64,000 nucleotides of DNA from Clostridia bacterium (GCA_018433675.1 JAHDQS010000006.1:2425-66424), one strand, 5' to 3'; shown: positions 9,600 through 19,985, counted from the first letter of the stretch. Notes: generated from the sequence alone by a model not told the origin. Program-made: numbers and translations.

Positions 9600-9914
9600 T
9601 TATTCACTTACCTCTTGTACTTCTTGTACTTCTTGTACTTCTTGTACCTCTTCCGCTTTGACTTGCTTTTTGGAAATAATTCCTGCTTTTGTTAACAAAG
9701 CCTTGGCCGTATCGGAAGGTTTTGCGCCTGTTCCTAACCAATATGCGGCCCTCTCTTCATTAATCTTAACAACTGTAGGCTCTTTGGTCGGATCATAATA
9801 CCCAATTTCTTCAATGAACCTTCCGTCACGCGGTGAGCGGGAATCAGCAACAACTAAGCGATAGAACGGATTCTTTTTTGCTCCCATGCGTTTAAGTCTG
9901 ATACGTGTAGCCAT
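9600..9914 (-). CDS. rpsP: 30S ribosomal protein S16 with repetitive acidic C-terminal tail
   Basis: The protein starts [35 protein letters not shown]. The tail is [18 protein letters not shown]. Confidence 0.9.
   Translation of the reverse strand: MATRIRLKRMGAKKNPFYRLVVADSRSPRDGRFIEEIGYYDPTKEPTVVKINEERAAYWLGTGAKPSDTAKALLTKAGIISKKQVKAEEVQEVQEVQEVQEVSE
9612..9650. repeat. 9-bp tandem repeat (about 4 copies) inside the rpsP 3' end
   Basis: ctcttgtac ttcttgtac ttcttgtac ttcttgtac. The repeat is in frame and encodes the (EVQ)n tail. Confidence 0.85.
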
Positions 9915-9960
9915 ATTTGTTCACCTCCTCATCATCAATAGCACAACTATTAAAAGAAAT

Positions 9961-11313
9961 TTATTTTAAGAAAGGAAGATTGAAGCTCCCTTTTTTACCA
10001 CCCTTAGTTGCTGTCTGCAGTTGGTTCATCTGTTTTATCAGTTTCAACGAATGTTCATACTGCTTGATCAGCTTATTGACCTCCTGCACGGAAGTACCGC
10101 TCCCTCTGGCTATCCTTTTTCTGCGACCTGCATTAAGTATCTCCGGTTTCCTGCGTTCTTCCACCGTCATCGAGTAGACAATTGCTTCGGTCTTTTTAAG
10201 GTCATGCTCGTTTATTTCAATATTTTTCATACCCTTCATTTTTCCCATACCGGGGAGCATATCCATGATCTGATTGATCGGACCCATTGACTTCATCTGC
10301 TGCAATTGATCAAGAAAATCTTCCAAGGTATACTCATTCTTCCGGAGCTTCTGCTGAAGCTGCGCCGCCTTTTTTGCATCTACACTATCCTGTGCTTTTT
10401 CAATAAGTGTCAGCACATCGCCCATTCCCAAAATACGGGAGGCCATCCTATCAGGATAAAAAGGCTCTAGGGCTTCCAGCTTTTCCCCCATCCCCACAAA
10501 TTTAATGGGTTTCCCCGTAACAGCCTTCACAGAAAGGGCCGCACCACCGCGGGCATCTCCGTCCAGCTTAGTCAGTATTACACCGTCCAAGCCTAAACGA
10601 TCATTAAATGCTTCGGCAGCATTAACTGCATCCTGTCCTGTCATAGCGTCCACCACAAGCAGAATCTCATGAGGCCGGCACTTTTTCTTGATTCCTTCCA
10701 GCTCCGACATTAAGTCCTCATCTATGTGCAAACGTCCAGCCGTATCAATGATTAACATGTCTTTTCCTTGCTTTTCCGCAAAAGAGCGAGCTGCTTCAAC
10801 GATGTCGACGGGTTTGCTTTTATCTCCTATCGTAAAGACAGAAACATCAAGATTCTCTCCTAGTATCTGCAGCTGTTTAATGGCCGCCGGACGATAAATA
10901 TCACAGGCTACAAGTAGAGGGTTCTTTCCTTGTTTTTTTAAAAGCAGGGCCAGTTTCCCGCAGGTGGTCGTCTTGCCTGCTCCCTGCAGTCCGACAAGCA
11001 TCACCACAGTCGGCGGTTTGGAAGACATATTGAGTTTGCTGAGACTTCCGCCCATCAAAGCCGTCATTTCTTGGTTAACGATTTTAACGACCTGCTGTCC
11101 CGGCGTCAGGCTCTCCAACACCTCGGCGCCAACCGCTTTTTCTTTGAGATTATTAATAAATTCTTTTACAACTTTATAGTTAACATCAGCCTCCAACAAC
11201 GCCATCCGTATTTCCCGCATAGCCTGGCTGACATCCTTTTCGGAAAGCTTCCCCTTACCGCGTAGATTCTTAAATACACCCTGTAGTTTTTCCGCTAAAC
11301 TTTCAAAGGCCAC
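9961..11313 (-). CDS. ffh: signal recognition particle protein Ffh
   Basis: GLQGAGKTTT and DTAGR motifs and a Met-rich M domain are present. The preferred start is GTG at 11313 (VAFESLAEKLQ), 7 nt after GGTAGGTGA. The track start TTG at 11331 would overlap ylxM. Confidence 0.9.
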   Translation of the reverse strand: MAFESLAEKLQGVFKNLRGKGKLSEKDVSQAMREIRMALLEADVNYKVVKEFINNLKEKAVGAEVLESLTPGQQVVKIVNQEMTALMGGSLSKLNMSSKPPTVVMLVGLQGAGKTTTCGKLALLLKKQGKNPLLVACDIYRPAAIKQLQILGENLDVSVFTIGDKSKPVDIVEAARSFAEKQGKDMLIIDTAGRLHIDEDLMSELEGIKKKCRPHEILLVVDAMTGQDAVNAAEAFNDRLGLDGVILTKLDGDARGGAALSVKAVTGKPIKFVGMGEKLEALEPFYPDRMASRILGMGDVLTLIEKAQDSVDAKKAAQLQQKLRKNEYTLEDFLDQLQQMKSMGPINQIMDMLPGMGKMKGMKNIEINEHDLKKTEAIVYSMTVEERRKPEILNAGRRKRIARGSGTSVQEVNKLIKQYEHSLKLIKQMNQLQTATKGGKKGSFNLPFLK

Positions 11314-11324
11314 TTGGGCATCAC

Positions 11325-11684
11325 CTACCAAACACTTTTTAATGAATTCAAGAGGCTGTACACATCTTTTAAATCAACGTTTGCCGCGTTCTTTTCCACT
11401 CCTGCCAACAGTTCGTTAACTTTTTCCACTATACCCACACTGCTGAAATACTTTGCAACAAGCCCTAATTTGTTGTCATATTCCCTTAAGACTTCATCCG
11501 TTCTTTTCAGCAAATCAAAAACGGCCTGCCTTGAAACACCGTGCAGCTCTGCAATCTCACCTAAGGACAGATCCTGCTGGTAATACAGGTCATACATCTC
11601 CCGTTGTTTCTGCGTCAACAGGGTTCCGTAAAAGTCATACATCATCACACGTTTCGTTCGCTCATCAATCAATTCTACCACCAC
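11325..11684 (-). CDS. ylxM: YlxM family putative DNA-binding protein (UPF0122)
   Basis: 119 aa. MYDFYGTLLTQKQREMYDLYYQQDLSLGEIAE is a typical sequence, and the gene lies directly upstream of ffh. Confidence 0.8.
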   Translation of the reverse strand: MVVELIDERTKRVMMYDFYGTLLTQKQREMYDLYYQQDLSLGEIAELHGVSRQAVFDLLKRTDEVLREYDNKLGLVAKYFSSVGIVEKVNELLAGVEKNAANVDLKDVYSLLNSLKSVW

Positions 11685-11719
11685 AACATTGTTAAGTATT
11701 TTTGCTTAACACCAGTATT

Positions 11720-12592
11720 CTATAACTCTTTTCTCTTCTTGTCAAACACATTTTGAGAAAGCCCTTTTTCCCGCCAGATAGATGATATTTCTTTTTCTGT
11801 AATAAAAGGTTCTCCCAAACGGCGCGAATCGTGTAGCCCTCCATGACAATCCGAACCACCTGAGATATAGAGCTTTTTTCCCTCGGTCCAGTCAAGGCAC
11901 CACTTCGTCGTCCGCGAATCGTGCTCCGGATGAAAGCATTCAATACCTTCTATCCCGCAGGAATACAAAAACTCTAACGTGTCCAAGAGATCAATACCTC
12001 CGTAAATATCCCCCCCCGGGTGGGCTAGAACAGGAATACCGCCCGATTTCTTTATGACTTCAATCACCTCGAAAGGCTCGGGAAAAATGGGAAAAGGTGT
12101 TTTCAAGTCGCCTTTGAATAGATTACGGAAGAAGTCATCCTTATCGGTGCAAATCCCTTCGTCAATCAGAAAGTTAAGGGCTTTCCATCCTCCGCGCCGG
12201 GGATCGTTTTGATATGTTTGGTATTTTGCCAAATCCAGCGTATAACCTTTTTCAGCCAACATGACAATACTGTCGTCGTCTTTCTTACGCATCAATTCCG
12301 AATTGTGCCCAAGAAGTGATAAAAAATCCTTATTCTGCACATCCACATAATAGCCGAGGATGTGGTACATCTGACCGTTACTCGTGGCTGAAATCTCTAC
12401 ACCGGGTAAAAAACCCAGGCCTTTTGTTTCAGCCAGTTTTCGGGTTTCGGCAACATTAGCTACCGACTCATGATCGGTAACCGCAAACAACCCGATACCC
12501 CTTTCTGCTACCTTTCTTACCAATTGTTCCGGAGACCAACACCCATCGGACGCCGTCGTATGGATATGTAAATCAACCCTCATTCCTTCCAT
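11720..12592 (-). CDS. PHP domain phosphoesterase
   Basis: 290 aa. The protein starts with VDLHIHTTASDG and also contains LAHPG and GGSDCHG motifs. Confidence 0.7.
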   Translation of the reverse strand: MEGMRVDLHIHTTASDGCWSPEQLVRKVAERGIGLFAVTDHESVANVAETRKLAETKGLGFLPGVEISATSNGQMYHILGYYVDVQNKDFLSLLGHNSELMRKKDDDSIVMLAEKGYTLDLAKYQTYQNDPRRGGWKALNFLIDEGICTDKDDFFRNLFKGDLKTPFPIFPEPFEVIEVIKKSGGIPVLAHPGGDIYGGIDLLDTLEFLYSCGIEGIECFHPEHDSRTTKWCLDWTEGKKLYISGGSDCHGGLHDSRRLGEPFITEKEISSIWREKGLSQNVFDKKRKEL

Positions 12593-12739
12593 CCTCCGTT
12601 CATACCACCACTTGCGTCACTTTGATTATTTTGCTATAAAATTATATCAGTAAATATTATCGTCGTCTAATCCACCGCAAAATCTTAAGTATGCTGTCGT
12701 GATAAAACTTGCTATACTAAACCTTGAGGTGAGAATAAA

Positions 12740-14689
12740 ATGTATAACCAAGCAAGTGAAAAGATTCTTGTTTGTGTTGGTCCAAGCCCCTTTTCGGCCC
12801 ATGTTATCAGGGCTGGCAAGAAAATAGCCGATGCTTTACAGGCGGAATGGTTTGCCGTCTACGTTGAAACACAGCAGTTTTCTTCAACCGATGAAAAATT
12901 ATACGAACAACTGGACAATAACTTGCGTTTAGCCGAAAGCCTGGGAGCAGAAATAACAATACTTTATGGAAAGCAAATAGCACATGAACTTCTTTCCTTT
13001 GTGGAACGTAAAAACATAACCCAAATAGTGATTGGAAAACCCCGTCATGCAAAATTCAGTGAGATCTGGAAGGGTTCGTTAGTTGACAATATCGTCAGGG
13101 GAAGCAACGGTATCAGTGTGCATTTGCTTCCCGGAGAAAGCACACCGTACAAAACAAAAATCTCTAACCCTTTTCGGAAACAACATAGGCTTCTCCCCTA
13201 TCTCTTTACAGTTCTTTTAGTTGTCTTCACAACATTACTAAACATGCTGACCGGCTTTGATCACGTTAATATTGCCTTGCTTTTCCTCCTGCCTGTCCTA
13301 ATTAGCGCCGCATATTGGGGGAGAGGACCTTCCATCCTAGCCTCGGTATTAAGCGTCCTGTCATTTGACATCTTTTTTATCCCACCGGTGTTAAGTATCA
13401 CTGTTGAAGACCTTAAATACCTTCTGAGCTTTGCTATTTTCTTGCTCGTGGCAGTCATGACCGGTACAATGGCCAATAGATTAAGGGCTCAGGCATCTGT
13501 ATCCAAACGACGCGAAGCAAGAACCGCAGCACTTTATGCTTTAAGTCGTAAAATTGTTGTTGAAACGGATATTGAAGGCATCCTCAATACCGTTATCAAC
13601 GTCATTGCCGAAACTATTGATGCCGAAACAACAATTCTGCTGCCGGATAATTTGGGAATATTAAAACCCATGGCCTATTCCTCCTGTAATCCAAAAGAAT
13701 TTGGTATTAATGATGAAATTGCTTCCTGGGCTTTTGAACACGGAAAAAGTGCAGGTTGCGGAACAAATACCGGTGAAAAGGAAAACTGCCTTTACATTCC
13801 GTTAAAAACCGAGGAAAAAAACATTGGAGTATTAGTTTTAAAATCGTATCATCCTCCCCTCCGCCTTTCAACAGAACAAAACCGTTTATTAGAAGCCTTT
13901 GCTAATCTCACCGCCATAGCTGTTTTCAGCCTGCAGTTATCTGCTGAAGCACAACAAGCACGAAACCTCATTCAATCCGAAAAATTACGAACAGCCTTGT
14001 TTAATTCGATTTCTCATGAACTGCGCACACCCCTGGCCTCCATTATGGGAGCAGTAACAAGCCTGCTTGAAGAAGGGGACCTATATACTCCTTCGGAAAG
14101 AAACACCCTTTTACAGACAATCAATGAGGGTGCATTAAGAATGAACAGGCTGGTAAAAAATCTGATTGATATGGCTCGCCTTGAGAGCGGAATGATGAAG
14201 CTGAAAAGTGAATGGTGCGATATTCAGGAAATCATTGAAGTTACCCTCCGTAAGCTCAACTCTGTCCTGCGGGATAGAAAAATTGAAATCAGTCTTCCTG
14301 AAAACATGCCTTTAATCAATGTCGATTTCGTCTTAATTGAACAGGTGATAACAAATCTGATCGATAACGCCCATAAGTACTCATCACCTGAAAGCAAAAT
14401 AGACATTATCGTAAAAACAACCCCTGATAACATAACTTTTCTTATAAAGAATCTCGGCAACCCCATATCGGAAGAAAACAGAAAAAGAATCTTTGATAAA
14501 TTTTATCGACTTGATTCCAACAGACATATCACCGGAACCGGGTTAGGGTTATCTATTTGCAAAGGGATCATTGAAGCCCATGGTGGTGAAATATGGGCGG
14601 AAGGAAAGAATAATAAAGTGATCTTTGCTTTCTCCTTACCTTTTAATCAATCACCGCCTAATATTTCTTTGGAAAGTGAAGGTGAATAA
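12740..14689 (+). CDS. kdpD: KdpD-like sensor histidine kinase lacking the N-terminal KdpD domain (Usp-TM-GAF-HisKA-HATPase)
   Basis: 649 aa. It starts directly with the Usp-like segment (ILVCVGPSPFSAHVIR), followed by 4 TM helices, the H-box SHELRTPL and G-box GTGLGLSICKGI. Confidence 0.8.
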   Translation: MYNQASEKILVCVGPSPFSAHVIRAGKKIADALQAEWFAVYVETQQFSSTDEKLYEQLDNNLRLAESLGAEITILYGKQIAHELLSFVERKNITQIVIGKPRHAKFSEIWKGSLVDNIVRGSNGISVHLLPGESTPYKTKISNPFRKQHRLLPYLFTVLLVVFTTLLNMLTGFDHVNIALLFLLPVLISAAYWGRGPSILASVLSVLSFDIFFIPPVLSITVEDLKYLLSFAIFLLVAVMTGTMANRLRAQASVSKRREARTAALYALSRKIVVETDIEGILNTVINVIAETIDAETTILLPDNLGILKPMAYSSCNPKEFGINDEIASWAFEHGKSAGCGTNTGEKENCLYIPLKTEEKNIGVLVLKSYHPPLRLSTEQNRLLEAFANLTAIAVFSLQLSAEAQQARNLIQSEKLRTALFNSISHELRTPLASIMGAVTSLLEEGDLYTPSERNTLLQTINEGALRMNRLVKNLIDMARLESGMMKLKSEWCDIQEIIEVTLRKLNSVLRDRKIEISLPENMPLINVDFVLIEQVITNLIDNAHKYSSPESKIDIIVKTTPDNITFLIKNLGNPISEENRKRIFDKFYRLDSNRHITGTGLGLSICKGIIEAHGGEIWAEGKNNKVIFAFSLPFNQSPPNISLESEGE

Positions 14690-14690
14690 A

Positions 14691-15383
14691 ATGCAGGATA
14701 AAGGTGCCAGAGTATTGATAATAGATGACGAGAGTCAAATCAGAAGGATGCTTAAGGTTGCTCTTACAGCTCATAAATACCACATCAACGAAGCGCCTAC
14801 CGGTCAGGATGGTTTGAACCAGGCAGCCTTGTTCCATCCCGACCTTATCATCTTAGACCTGGGTCTGCCCGACATGAATGGGTTAGATGTATTAAGGGAA
14901 CTGCGAGAATGGACCACAGTTCCGATTATAGTATTATCGGTGAGAGAGTCGGAAAACGATAAAGTCGCGGCGCTGGATTTGGGAGCTGATGACTATGTAA
15001 CAAAGCCCTTTGGTATGGGCGAACTATTGGCACGCATCCGTGTTGCCATCAGGCATGCAGTGAAATCTGACACAGAACCCGTAATTAACTGCGGAAGCTT
15101 AACAATTGATATGGCCCACAGACAGGTTACCGTGGATAAAAACGAAATACGCCTAACACCTACCGAGTACGACCTCTTAAAACACCTTATCATCCATGCC
15201 GGTAAAGTTTTGACACATCGCCAGTTGCTTAAAGCTATCTGGGGTGTCGATTACCAACAAAAAGACCATTATTTAAGGGTTTATATCAGGCAAATAAGGC
15301 GAAAAATAGAAAAAGACCCCACTCGACCAGAATTCATTATCACAGAGCCGGGGGTCGGCTACAGGTTCACTTCCAAAACATAG
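14691..15383 (+). CDS. kdpE: OmpR-family response regulator KdpE
   Basis: The start is trimmed to ATG at 14691 (MQDKGARVLIIDDE), 1 nt after the kdpD stop. It has a receiver domain and a winged-helix C-terminus (GVGYRF). Confidence 0.8.
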   Translation: MQDKGARVLIIDDESQIRRMLKVALTAHKYHINEAPTGQDGLNQAALFHPDLIILDLGLPDMNGLDVLRELREWTTVPIIVLSVRESENDKVAALDLGADDYVTKPFGMGELLARIRVAIRHAVKSDTEPVINCGSLTIDMAHRQVTVDKNEIRLTPTEYDLLKHLIIHAGKVLTHRQLLKAIWGVDYQQKDHYLRVYIRQIRRKIEKDPTRPEFIITEPGVGYRFTSKT

Positions 15384-15517
15384 GGAGACAATTAAATGGC
15401 CTCTCACTGCTTGCATCCTTCTGTTTACATCTTTCTTTATAAAATATTTACACATTGAGCATTAATATTAACACCATTTTGACAAAGTATAGTATAGCAT
15501 TTACTGAGGGTGAAAAA

Positions 15518-16906
15518 ATGAAGGAAATTATTGACCTTTCACATGAAAACACAAACAAACCTGGCAAAAACGGTTCTATAAAGTTTGATCCACCTCAGGT
15601 TCTCGTCCTTGGTTTCGCTGCCCTGATAATCTGCGGGGCAATAATGTTATCCTTGCCCCAGGCCACAGTCAAAGACGGAGGTTTGCCTTTTCTTGATGCA
15701 ATTTTCACGGCAGCTTCAGCCGTCTGTGTTACAGGGTTAACAGTTGTCGATACCGGGACTGCCTTTACCATCTTTGGGCAAGTAGTTATTTTGTTTCTAA
15801 TTCAAATTGGTGGTATCGGTTTTATGACCTTTGCCAGCCTTTTGGCTATTATTATGGGTAAGAAAATAACGTTGAAAGAGCGCCTGCTGTTGCAGGAAGC
15901 TTTAAATCAGCTTTCTCTTCAGGGCGTTGTTCGGCTTACAAAATATATTATTAAAATATCCCTCCTTATCGAGGGAATCGCCGCCCTCGTCTTTGCTTTC
16001 AATTGGTCTTCTGAACTTGGGTGGGGTAAATCATTTTACTTTGGAATATTTCATGCGGCCTCAGGCTTCAACAATGCCGGCTTTGATCTCTTCGGGAACT
16101 ATTCAAGTCTCACTTCCTATACCGCAGATTATATTACCAACATAACAATGATGTTCTTAATAATTACCGGAGGTTTGGGGTTTACAGTCTTATCCGATTT
16201 GTATTCACACCAGGGAAAACGATTGACCCTACATTCAAAAATGGTCATTCAAACCTCCCTGATTCTTATAGTCTCCGGTACAATTCTCGTTTTTCTCCTT
16301 GAATACACTAATCCGGCTACCTTAGCCGGATTGGATTCTTCAAACAAGATATTAGCCTCGCTGTTTCAATCGGTTACCGCCCGTACCGCCGGTTTTAATA
16401 CAATTGACACCTCGGGTCTTTGCAACTCTACTCATATCCTTCTCCTTCTGCTAATGTTTATCGGCGCATCGCCGGGCTCAACAGGGGGCGGTATTAAAAC
16501 AACCACCTTTGCTTCAATTGTCTTGTACCTGAAGTGTACTTTTCGCGGTAACAATCAGGTCTCTTATGAAAGCAGAGCCATATCTCAAGAAGTCATCCGC
16601 AAGGCAGTTATAATCGTATTCTCTGCCTTTGCTCTCATCCTTATGATTGTCTTTATCCTTTCAATTACTGAAAGCAGTGACTTTATGACACTGTTGTTCG
16701 AAACCGTATCTGCTTTCGGAACGGTAGGATTGTCAATGGGTATAACCCCTTATCTTACCGGAATCGGAAAAGCGGCTCTCATTCTTACAATGTTTTGCGG
16801 CAGAGTAGGTCCCCTTACCTTAGTTTTTGCTCTCAGCCAAAACAAAAGCAAATCTAATGGCACCAACCATATAAAACTGCCGGAGGAAAGAATTACTATC
16901 GGATAG
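15518..16906 (+). CDS. ktrB: TrkH/KtrB family potassium transporter membrane subunit
   Basis: The start is trimmed to ATG at 15518, after GAGGGTG. The protein is polytopic with repeated GFN/TGGG selectivity-filter-like motifs (SGFNNAG, TAGFNT, GSTGGGIKT, GTVGLS). Confidence 0.85.
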   Translation: MKEIIDLSHENTNKPGKNGSIKFDPPQVLVLGFAALIICGAIMLSLPQATVKDGGLPFLDAIFTAASAVCVTGLTVVDTGTAFTIFGQVVILFLIQIGGIGFMTFASLLAIIMGKKITLKERLLLQEALNQLSLQGVVRLTKYIIKISLLIEGIAALVFAFNWSSELGWGKSFYFGIFHAASGFNNAGFDLFGNYSSLTSYTADYITNITMMFLIITGGLGFTVLSDLYSHQGKRLTLHSKMVIQTSLILIVSGTILVFLLEYTNPATLAGLDSSNKILASLFQSVTARTAGFNTIDTSGLCNSTHILLLLLMFIGASPGSTGGGIKTTTFASIVLYLKCTFRGNNQVSYESRAISQEVIRKAVIIVFSAFALILMIVFILSITESSDFMTLLFETVSAFGTVGLSMGITPYLTGIGKAALILTMFCGRVGPLTLVFALSQNKSKSNGTNHIKLPEERITIG

Positions 16907-16916
16907 GAGGCATATT

Positions 16917-17564
16917 ATGCGTAAACAGTTTGCAGTAATCGGATTAGGTCGTTTTGGAACCAGCCTGGCCTTGACTTTAAGCTCCTTAGGACACGATGTT
17001 CTGGCTGTCGATACCTCTGAACAGGCCGTTCAAAGAGTTGCAAATGAAGTGACTCACTCTGTCCAAGCCGACGCCCGCGATGAATCAGCGTTAAAGGCCT
17101 TGGGCATACGTAACTTTGATGTGGTTGTGGTAGCTATCGGAAACGACTTAGAAGCAAACATCTTAATAACAGTAATGCTAAAAGAACTCGGAATAAAATA
17201 TGTGGTCGTTAAGGCTCAAAGCAATCTTCACGGAAAGGTTTTAGAAAAAGTAGGAGCTGATAAAGTCGTATATCCGGAAAAGGACATGGGTATCCGCTTA
17301 GCTCAAAGTTTGGTCAGTTCAAATGTAATGGACTATATTGAGTTGCATCCCAATTACAGCATTATGGAGGTTTTGGCCCCTTTTGCATATACCAACAAGA
17401 CACTTGGCGAACTGGATCTGCGTGCAAAATACGGATTGAGTGTCTTGGCCATAAAGAAAAACGACACCATTGTAGTTGCTCCCGGTGCCGATTCAAAAGT
17501 TGACAAAGGCGATGCTTTGATTCTGCTTGGACATAATAATGTCTTAAGTAAGCTTCCTGAATGA
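16917..17564 (+). CDS. ktrA: TrkA/KtrA potassium uptake peripheral subunit (RCK_N/RCK_C)
   Basis: 215 aa with the Rossmann motif VIGLGRFG and an RCK C-terminal domain. Confidence 0.85.
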   Translation: MRKQFAVIGLGRFGTSLALTLSSLGHDVLAVDTSEQAVQRVANEVTHSVQADARDESALKALGIRNFDVVVVAIGNDLEANILITVMLKELGIKYVVVKAQSNLHGKVLEKVGADKVVYPEKDMGIRLAQSLVSSNVMDYIELHPNYSIMEVLAPFAYTNKTLGELDLRAKYGLSVLAIKKNDTIVVAPGADSKVDKGDALILLGHNNVLSKLPE

Positions 17565-17597
17565 AATAAAAGATTTGTTATCCCTATACCCTTACCT

Positions 17598-18323
17598 CTA
17601 TAATATCTGGCTTAGAAACTCCTGTGTTCTTTCAACCTTAGGATTATTGAAGATTTCTTCGGGAGTGCCTTCCTCAACGATTAGCCCATCATCCATATAT
17701 ATGACCCGATCAGCTACCTCTCTGGCAAAGCCCATCTCATGTGTGACCACAACCATAGTCATACCCTCACCGGCTAAATCTTTCATGACGGATAACACTT
17801 CTCCTACAAGCTCAGGATCAAGGGCTGAGGTCGGTTCGTCAAACAACATCACCGAAGGCTCCATGCCGAGAGCACGGGCAATAGCCACCCGCTGTTTCTG
17901 ACCACCCGAAAGCATACTGGGATAGGCAGCTTCCTTATCACTCAAACCAACCTTTTCTAAATAATATTTCCCGATCTCCACAGCTTTTGCTTTGGAGATT
18001 TTCTTTACCTGTGTCGGTCCTTCTATCACATTCTGCAACACTGTCATATGCGGAAAGAGATTAAAATGTTGGAACACCATACCGACATGGGTCCTCATCT
18101 CATTCTTCATTTTTTCATTATTTTTATCAATGACCTTACCGTCAATCTCCACAGTACCCTTTTTGAATTTCTCCAAAAAATTTATACACCTGAGCAGCGT
18201 ACTTTTGCCTGAGCCACTGGCTCCGATTATAACCACAACCTCAGAAGGATTAACATCCAAATCAATGCCCTTTAATACATGAAGCTTTCCGAACCACTTT
18301 TCTAATTCCCTAACCTTGATCAT
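17598..18323 (-). CDS. polar amino acid ABC transporter ATP-binding protein
   Basis: 241 aa with Walker [10 protein letters not shown], signature LSGGQKQR and Walker [12 protein letters not shown]. Confidence 0.9.
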   Translation of the reverse strand: MIKVRELEKWFGKLHVLKGIDLDVNPSEVVVIIGASGSGKSTLLRCINFLEKFKKGTVEIDGKVIDKNNEKMKNEMRTHVGMVFQHFNLFPHMTVLQNVIEGPTQVKKISKAKAVEIGKYYLEKVGLSDKEAAYPSMLSGGQKQRVAIARALGMEPSVMLFDEPTSALDPELVGEVLSVMKDLAGEGMTMVVVTHEMGFAREVADRVIYMDDGLIVEEGTPEEIFNNPKVERTQEFLSQIL

Positions 18324-18336
18324 CCCTCATCCCCCT

Positions 18337-19005
18337 TTAGCGGCTGCCACTAACTGCCAGTTTTTCTTCGATCTTATGAAACAACCAGGTGAAGATGCTT
18401 GTGTAAAAAAGATAGAAAATAGCGGCTATCGTCAGCATCTCCATCATATAGTAATTTGAAGACGCAAGCTGCTGTGCTTTAAGCAGCAACTCTTTAATCG
18501 TAATCGCACTGGCTAAAGAAGAATCCTTCAAGGCAATGATAAACTGGTTTCCTAGAGGAGGTATGGCGCGTTTAAAGGCCTGAGGCAGAATTATCCTTAT
18601 CATGGCCTTCCGATACGTCATTCCCAAAGAACGTGCCGCCTCCATCTGACCAACGGCTATAGATTGGATGGCACCGCGGAATATTTCGGCAATATATGCC
18701 CCGTTATGAATGCCTAAAGCTATCACCGCCGAAGTGATTGCCTCCAAATTTAAGATACTGCGTAAACCAAAATACAAAAACAGAAGCTGCAACAAAAGAG
18801 GCGTTCCTCTAATCATGAAAATATAAAGACGAGCTGGTACATTAAAAAGAGGATTCTTCGACAGTCTGGAAAATGCAGTCAATAAGCCCAACACCATACC
18901 CAACAGAATCCCTAAAGCTGTAACCTCAATTGTTTTCCAAGCCGCGGGTATAAAATAGGGAAAATATTCGATTAGAACCGATACATTATAATCCATTTCC
19001 TTCAC
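18337..19005 (-). CDS. polar amino acid ABC transporter permease (His/Glu/Gln/Arg family)
   Basis: 222 aa polytopic protein with the EAA-like loop EAARSLGMTYRKAMIRIILPQA. Confidence 0.85.
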   Translation of the reverse strand: MKEMDYNVSVLIEYFPYFIPAAWKTIEVTALGILLGMVLGLLTAFSRLSKNPLFNVPARLYIFMIRGTPLLLQLLFLYFGLRSILNLEAITSAVIALGIHNGAYIAEIFRGAIQSIAVGQMEAARSLGMTYRKAMIRIILPQAFKRAIPPLGNQFIIALKDSSLASAITIKELLLKAQQLASSNYYMMEMLTIAAIFYLFYTSIFTWLFHKIEEKLAVSGSR

Positions 19006-19025
19006 CTCTCCTTAATGCCAAAACC

Positions 19026-19053
19026 AAGGCACAGCAGTGAACTACTGTGCCTT
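19026..19053 (-). other. intra-operon hairpin between the binding-protein and permease genes
   Basis: AAGGCACAG...CUGUGCCUU stem. It is probably an mRNA-stabilising or attenuating hairpin that favours binding-protein expression. Confidence 0.4.
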
Positions 19054-19074
19054 TTAATTCTTTATGCTCCGTGT

Positions 19075-19866
19075 CTACTTCTTGGTAATATCAGTATTCA
19101 GCCAATTCTCACTGAACTCTGTCAATGTTCCGTCCTCATGCATTTCTTCCAAGATTTTATCAATCTCTGCTTTTAACGAATCATCACCTTTTCTGATGGC
19201 AACCGCGATGTCCTCGCTTCTCAGAGGACTGCCTAAAAGTTCAACGGAAAAAGTACCTTTATTAACTGCATTGACACCTACCACACGGTCAGTTATAACT
19301 GCATCGACCATGTCATTGTCTAATTCAAGCAGGGTTTGGTTATCGTCTTTATACAGCTTAACTTCACCGGCTCCCAGTTCTTCGGCATCATTTTCAAAGG
19401 TTGTTCCCGTGGCGACACCTATTACTTTCCCTTCAAGATCTGATGGGCTTGTGAAACCACTCCCTTTTTTCACAACCAATTGAGCCCCGGAGTAATAATA
19501 AGGCACAGAAAAATCTACAACTTCTAGTCTTTTTTCTGTTACGGCCATGCTTCCCAGAATACCGTCATAAGCTCCTGATCTCAATCCTTCGATAATGCCG
19601 CTCCAATCAGTGGTGACCGGTTTGAATTCTACTCCCAATCTCTTGGCAACCTCTTTGCATACATCCACATCAAAACCAACTAATTGGTCCTTCTCGTTAT
19701 AATAATTGAAGGGCGGATAACCACCGCTCATGGCAAAAGAAATCTCGCCGGCATCCTTTACCCTCTCCAACGCATCTCCTTCTTTCGCGCCGCAGCCTGT
19801 AAACAACAGCCCCAAAGCAACAACCAAAACAATGCCCCAAGAGAGCATTTTCTTACTCTTAAACAA
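19075..19866 (-). CDS. amino acid ABC transporter substrate-binding lipoprotein
   Basis: 263 aa with lipobox LLFTGC and type 3 periplasmic binding protein features. A TTG start 9 nt after GGAGG is plausible. Confidence 0.8.
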   Translation of the reverse strand: MFKSKKMLSWGIVLVVALGLLFTGCGAKEGDALERVKDAGEISFAMSGGYPPFNYYNEKDQLVGFDVDVCKEVAKRLGVEFKPVTTDWSGIIEGLRSGAYDGILGSMAVTEKRLEVVDFSVPYYYSGAQLVVKKGSGFTSPSDLEGKVIGVATGTTFENDAEELGAGEVKLYKDDNQTLLELDNDMVDAVITDRVVGVNAVNKGTFSVELLGSPLRSEDIAVAIRKGDDSLKAEIDKILEEMHEDGTLTEFSENWLNTDITKK

Positions 19867-19949
19867 AATAATAACCTCCTTCTTTTCTAAACAAAAATAA
19901 ACCTAAGCGTATTTCAATTTTTCTATATAATTTTAACATGTATTATTTG

Positions 19950-19985
19950 AAAAAGCAACAACCCTATCATTCATGATAGGGTTGT
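19950..19985 (-). terminator. rho-independent terminator after the kor operon
   Basis: Minus strand ACAACCCUAUCAUGAAUGAUAGGGUUGU followed by UGCUUUUUC. Confidence 0.65.

Noticed and set aside
15384-15517. I looked for a c-di-AMP (ydaO/kimA-type) riboswitch upstream of ktrB.
   Set aside because: Only about 130 nt are available, the region is AT-rich, and the paired GC-rich pseudo-symmetric helices expected for that riboswitch are absent.
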